Assembly (NCBI GenBank): GCA_001179505.1
Contig: CDMY01000223.1
Span: 98,319 to 162,318 of the forward strand
Length of the DNA: 64,000 bases
Reading direction: 5' to 3'
Source of the DNA: Vitrella brassicaformis CCMP3155
Taxonomy: Eukaryota; Protista; Chromerida
In this document: positions 61,532 to 64,000 of the stretch, piece after piece
How the letters are laid out: every line of letters starts with the position of its first letter
Numbering within the stretch: the first letter of the stretch is position 1
Notes under the pieces: model-generated
The model's input: the letters and a program-made list of their open reading frames with translations, nothing else
What the model was told of the DNA's origin: nothing
The model's database searches: none
Made by a program: the position numbers and the translations under genes

Positions 61532-63232
61532 TCAGTCAGTCAGCCCTTTGTCTGTCTGTCTATCTGTAGCCCTCTCTGCCGGACAGCAGCAGCCCCTCCC
61601 CCTTCCCCTCCCCCTTCCCCTCCCCCTTCCCCTCCCCCTNNNNNNNNNNNNNNNNNNNNNNNNNNNNNNNNNNNNNNNNNNNNNNNNNNNNNNNNNNNNN
61701 NNNNNNNNNNNNNNNNNNNNNNNNNNNNNNNNNNNNNNNNNNNNNNNNNNNNNNNNNNNNNNNNNNNNNNNNNNNNNNNNNNNNNNNNNNNNNNNNNNNN
61801 NNNNNNNNNNNNNNNNNNNNNNNNNNNNNNNNNNNNNNNNNNNNNNNNNNNNNNNNNNNNNNNNNNNNNNNNNNNNNNNNNNNNNNNNNNNNNNNNNNNN
61901 NNNNNNNNNNNNNNNNNNNNNNNNNNNNNNNNNNNNNNNCTCCCCCTCCCCCCCTCTCTCAACACCCGTGGCTACATGTGCCTGGCCATGCTCGGCCGTC
62001 TCCCTCCGCCACACCCTTCGCTGCCCTTCGTCCTCCTCGATCGCCTGGTAGTCCACAGTCACAGCGGCAGCCGGCTGCTCAGACAGAGGAATGTCGTCAT
62101 CCTGGAGGGCCGGCTGCTGGTGCACCATGTGGTCTTCTGCATCAGCGTCCATGTCCTCCCCTTCCATGAGGTCTAGCTGGTCGGCTGAGAGCTCGGCGAT
62201 GTAGTACAGGGCCATGCCGAGGGTGATGATGCCGAACACGAAGGCGAGATACGGCCAGGAGGAGTACAGCACCGACGTGTGCGGGCCGCCGGAGGGCACC
62301 GCGCCTGCAGACACGCACTCAATGAATCAATTCCACTTCACCCAGGCCAAAGTACTGGGTCGGCTACCTGGGTTAAGTGGGAGAGGCTTCTCCTCATGCC
62401 GCAGCAGCTCGCTAATATCCCCCAGGATACTCCCCAGGTAGCAATAAGCCAGCATGATGGGGGCGAAGAACAGACTGCCGACCAGGTAATCGTGCAGAGT
62501 GACCGACGTGATGCCCAGCAAGTAGCTCAGCGCCGTGAAGGGGATGATAGGCGCGAGACGCAGCAGCCCCACCACCCTTATCCCTCTCAGCATTATTGCT
62601 CGGTCCACTATGTTAAACACGGAGAAGGTAGAGAGGTAGTGGTGCACCACGCCGTAGAGGATGTATCTGGCGATGAGGAAGCAGCATGTCAGCGACCCGT
62701 ATGCACCGAAGAGGGAGGCCAAGAAGGCCACGGTGAGGCCTGGGAGGTTGCCGAAGACCTGGGTGAAGATGTAGCCGCCGCCGATCGTGAGCACCTCGGC
62801 CGGGACGAACACAATGGTGGATACGGCATAGACGAGGGCGAAGGCCACAGGACCCCAGGCACCTGAAAGCGCAATAATGCGTGGGTTACAGCGCAGCCTC
62901 AGGGGGCTCATCTTGCCTTGGTTCTTGACCCATAGAAGGAAAGCCTCCGTGTAATCCGCCACCTGCACACACGTGGAGAGATGACAGAGCACCCGATTCA
63001 TCCATCCATCCATCCATCCCCACGCATTTGGCGCCTTCCACGGCGGCCTGTAGCTCACCACATCAGACTGGATGAAGGTCCACAGAAGGAGGGCGACGAC
63101 GGACGCGCCGACGAGCAGCTTACAGAGAACGCCCGCATAGAAGGTCCACGAGATGGCCACACGGCTTTGCCTACGCTTCCGACCCTCAGCAAACGCTGTC
63201 CTGCTCGCCTCAGACTCTGTGTCCATCATCAT
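61532..63232 (-). CDS. SNARE-associated Golgi protein / TVP38-TMEM64 (VTT/DedA) family
   Basis: VFVPAEVLTIGGGYIF, FLIARY, VVGLLRLAPIIPFTALSYLLGIT, DYLVGS, YCYLGS. The true stop lies in or beyond gap 2, and an upstream ATG at 63325 is possible. Confidence 0.85.
61593..61639. repeat. Tandem 12-mer CCCCTCCCCCTT (G-rich on the minus strand) abutting gap 2
   Basis: About four visible units before the N run. Confidence 0.85.
61640..61939. other. Assembly gap (300 N)
   Basis: N run flanked by C-rich repeats. Confidence 0.99.
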
Positions 63233-63506
63233 CTTTGTTGCGGGAATGTGCTCCCCTGGCCGGAAAACGTGAAACCTGGCCGTGTTTTGAAGATTAGCCT
63301 TACGCATGCATTGCTTTGAGCGCATTTTCTGACAGGAGGGTCCCGATAGATAGCATAGCGATATGGAGGGTCCTCCCCGCCCCTCACCGTCACTCGCCCC
63401 ACCTCAAACGGCAGTTGCTGCCTCGTTCGATGCATCTGGTGCATCCGGTGACCGCACACCGCCCCGCCCGACGCGCCGCGCCAGCCACGAGAAGGATGGT
63501 GACGTG

Positions 63507-64000
63507 ATGCACCACTCGGCGCCCGCCCGGCAGAGCTGCAGTGGAGGGGGCGGCCGGCGCGGCAATGCCAAACCGCAGTGGCATCTGCCCACCTGGCACA
63601 CACACGACTGCCCCGACGACAAACGCAACCTCATCTTCTTTGACTGGGTGAGAGAGCAATGGAGAGAGGGAGGGAGATCGTCGCACAGAGGCGTGTTTGC
63701 AATGGCATCCCTTTTTTCTCTGCCTTCGTTTCAGGACGACACTTTGTGCCACACGGCGGCGTTGCGGGGGATGGTTGGGCGCGGCAGCGACGACCCTCAG
63801 CTGGTGAGGCGGCTTGACGAAGTGGCGAGTCGGCTGCTGCGCGTGGCGGTCTCTAAGGGCAAGGTCATGATAGTCACGTCGGCCAATGTGGGCTGGGTGG
63901 AGACCAAAGCCATCGAGCACTTCCCCCAGCTCACGAAGCTCATCGACCAGCACCAGATTGAGATCCTCTCAGCCACTGAACGATTCCCCGACCCCAAATT
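63507..64000 (+). CDS. HAD-like hydrolase (IFFDWDDTL family), 5' part only
   Basis: Spliced LIFFDW|DDTLC (DxD motif I), then KVMIVTSANVGWVE (motif II-like) and IEILSA. Runs off the window. Confidence 0.7.
   Translation, partial: MHHSAPARQSCSGGGGRRGNAKPQWHLPTWHTHDCPDDKRNLIFFDWVREQWREGGRSSHRGVFAMASLFSLPSFQDDTLCHTAALRGMVGRGSDDPQLVRRLDEVASRLLRVAVSKGKVMIVTSANVGWVETKAIEHFPQLTKLIDQHQIEILSATERFPDPK

Noticed and set aside
61593-61639. Telomere-like repeat
   Set aside because: The unit is CCCCTCCCCCTT, not a TTAGGG/TTTAGGG type, and it is internal with genes on both sides.

Overview
Eukaryotic nuclear DNA: GC-rich, gene-dense and intron-rich, with short GT-AG introns full of (AC)n, (GT)n, (CAGA)n and (TCTG)n repeats. 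Two genes carry bipartite signal-plus-transit leaders, which points to a secondary-plastid alga. The overall style suggests a chromerid alveolate such as Vitrella brassicaformis (inference). I reconstructed about 20 protein-coding loci by eye, most of them spliced, so exon boundaries and some start codons are approximate. In order: MORN-repeat protein, JMJD4, a kinesin-like protein with all nucleotide motifs degenerate, a clostripain (C11) protease with Cys-rich repeats, a possible AP2-like factor, VPS72/YL1, plastid-type MsrA, a Cys-less Pro-loop pentameric ligand-gated ion channel, a small orphan protein, an IPNS-like 2OG-Fe(II) oxygenase, a G3BP-like protein, a C2 + CEP76/CC2D2A-type protein, a ricin-lectin surface protein, RAB28, a DUF1279-like plastid protein, an atypical bromodomain protein, a Myb/SANT-like protein, an M14 carboxypeptidase, a TVP38/TMEM64 protein and a partial HAD-like protein. 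The 25.2-30.1 kb block is rearranged: it holds inverted copies of the G3BP-like promoter/5' end, gene fragments and a probable decayed mobile element. There are two 300-N assembly gaps at G-rich tracts. I recognised no rRNA, tRNA or CRISPR. The most notable signals are the ELIC-like channel, the eukaryotic clostripain, the pseudo-kinesin, a recurrent AGCTCGCA motif in 5' intergenic regions, and self-complementary intron architecture.
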